NCBI GenBank assembly: GCA_003971905.1
Contig: RSEE01000023.1
Location: 496,001 to 560,000, forward strand
DNA length: 64,000 bases
Direction of reading: 5' to 3'
DNA from: Moniliella sp. 'wahieum'
Lineage: Eukaryota
Shown here: piece after piece, positions 62,632-64,000 of the stretch
How the letters are laid out: each line of letters opens with the position of its first letter
Position numbering within the stretch: position 1 is the stretch's first letter
Notes under the pieces: generated by a model
The model's database searches: none
Told to the model about the DNA's origin: nothing
The model's input: only the letters and a program-made list of their open reading frames with translations
Translations under genes and position numbers: made by a program

Positions 62632-64000
62632 AGCGATCGAATCGGAAATGGGGGAGGAACGGAGAAGGTGGGCAGGGGGGTGGAGGAGGAGGTAGGAGGA
62701 GGCAGAGGGAGAGGAGGAGGTAGAGGAGGCGGAGGAGAACGCCAGGATTCTCTTTGGCAAGCGCAGTGAATATGTAGGAAGCCGTCCCCGGCAACCCGTC
62801 GCTAGCCTTGCAAGCCAGGTTGTTAGGAACCGCCACGCGAGACCGGACGACGCGTGATGGAGTGATGCGTGACCGGTGCTGACTGGCAGACGGAGAGGTT
62901 TTGCGGTGGCCGCTGTCCCCATGCGGGTGCCCATCCACTGGTTGCACCACTCCACTGTCGATCTGTGTCCGCACGAGGGCAGTGTGCTGATTCAACATTC
63001 ACCGGTCACAGCGGCATGCGCAGACGTCACCCGGCACAGGGCCTGTGCGCAGACGGCACGGCCCCACTGGCCCAGTGTAAGTCTCGGCATCTGGGCGATC
63101 ATCGATCAACGTGATCAGCACCGGTGGCCGGGACCTGCCGGGTTCTGCGGCAGCCGGCTGTGCCAGCGGCGCTCAGCCACGGCGGCACACGAAGCTCATG
63201 ACGCACATGAGCGATGCATCGCACACCTGGACATGCCACGGGAACAGTCGAGCGTCGGTTGCGAGTCTGCATGACGCATTGCCGGTTACAGCTGCCGGCA
63301 TTACCTGCATTACCCTCTACCGCGACGGCCAAAGTTGTCCGTCCCGAGTAGGACAACCGCAGTAGCCCTGCACTCACAACTCGGGCTGGAGCTTGTTGAA
63401 TACGTTGAATGTCGAAACACAAACACCCGTCGTGCTCGGCGTTCCGCTGGGCTTGGAAGATTGCGATACCATCAATATCATCATCGACACAGCCCCCGAG
63501 GAAACAAAGACCTTTGTGTGGCCCTGAGAATCTGCAACGCCATCAATCCAACGGGGAGGCACAGACGGTTTTAACGTTTACGCGTTACGTCGCACAGTCC
63601 AGGCTGCGCTGGCTGAGTGATGTGAGGCCCGTGGGGCCTGTAACATGTAAGGCTTCTCAGCACTCGGTGCAGTTGTGATTACTCAGTCCTCAAACTCGAG
63701 TTGCCATGAGCTATTCAGTACTCCGTACGCAACGTGTACTCAGCTGCGGAGTACGGGTACTATCCGAGGCTCGGTTGCATGGACCAAGTGCAAAGCAGTT
63801 AGAGGTGTCGATCCACAGCAAGCTAGCCTAGGCTATACCAAACCCACGCTAAACCCTAGGCTCAGCCTGAGCGGTCAGACTGACCGGGTTGAGTTCTGCG
63901 TTCAACTGAACGTTCAACACGTTCACCCCCAGCCGCATCGAGCCAGCCAACGAGGCCCAGCAGGCCCAGCCACGCCCAGCCACGCACCGGCGCCCATTGA

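Noticed and set aside
1..64000. Mass pseudogenisation or programmed frameshifting
   Set aside because: Essential single-copy genes are all affected without motif decay; uncorrected long-read error is far more likely

Overview
GC-rich, gene-dense fungal nuclear DNA with short GT..CTRAC..AG spliceosomal introns; probably an intron-poor basidiomycete (inference from protein style). Almost every gene has scattered 1-nt indels, including essential ones, which points to an unpolished long-read assembly, so CDS boundaries are approximate. Gene order: RPB2 (5' part, minus), CWC25, mitochondrial ACP, C1D/Rrp47, IML1, TEF1, choline-phosphate cytidylyltransferase, mitochondrial intermediate peptidase, uL15m, unknown membrane protein, SLY1, RhoGAP, BAP31/Yet, unknown, GTP cyclohydrolase I, unknown, two divergent microbial-rhodopsin paralogues, a Pro/Cys-rich protein, AGX1, RPL13, NudE and a secreted double-DPBB protein. 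Highlights: (1) a ~405-aa intein with a LAGLIDADG-type domain inserted in RPB2 at [11 protein letters not shown]; (2) a head-to-head pair of Hsp30/Yro2-like opsins that keep the Schiff-base lysine and carry a DSA motif; (3) a recurring intergenic pattern of A....T palindromic hexamers chained with one-base spacers (7-nt period); (4) an intron-split mitochondrial presequence giving AGX1 two in-frame starts.
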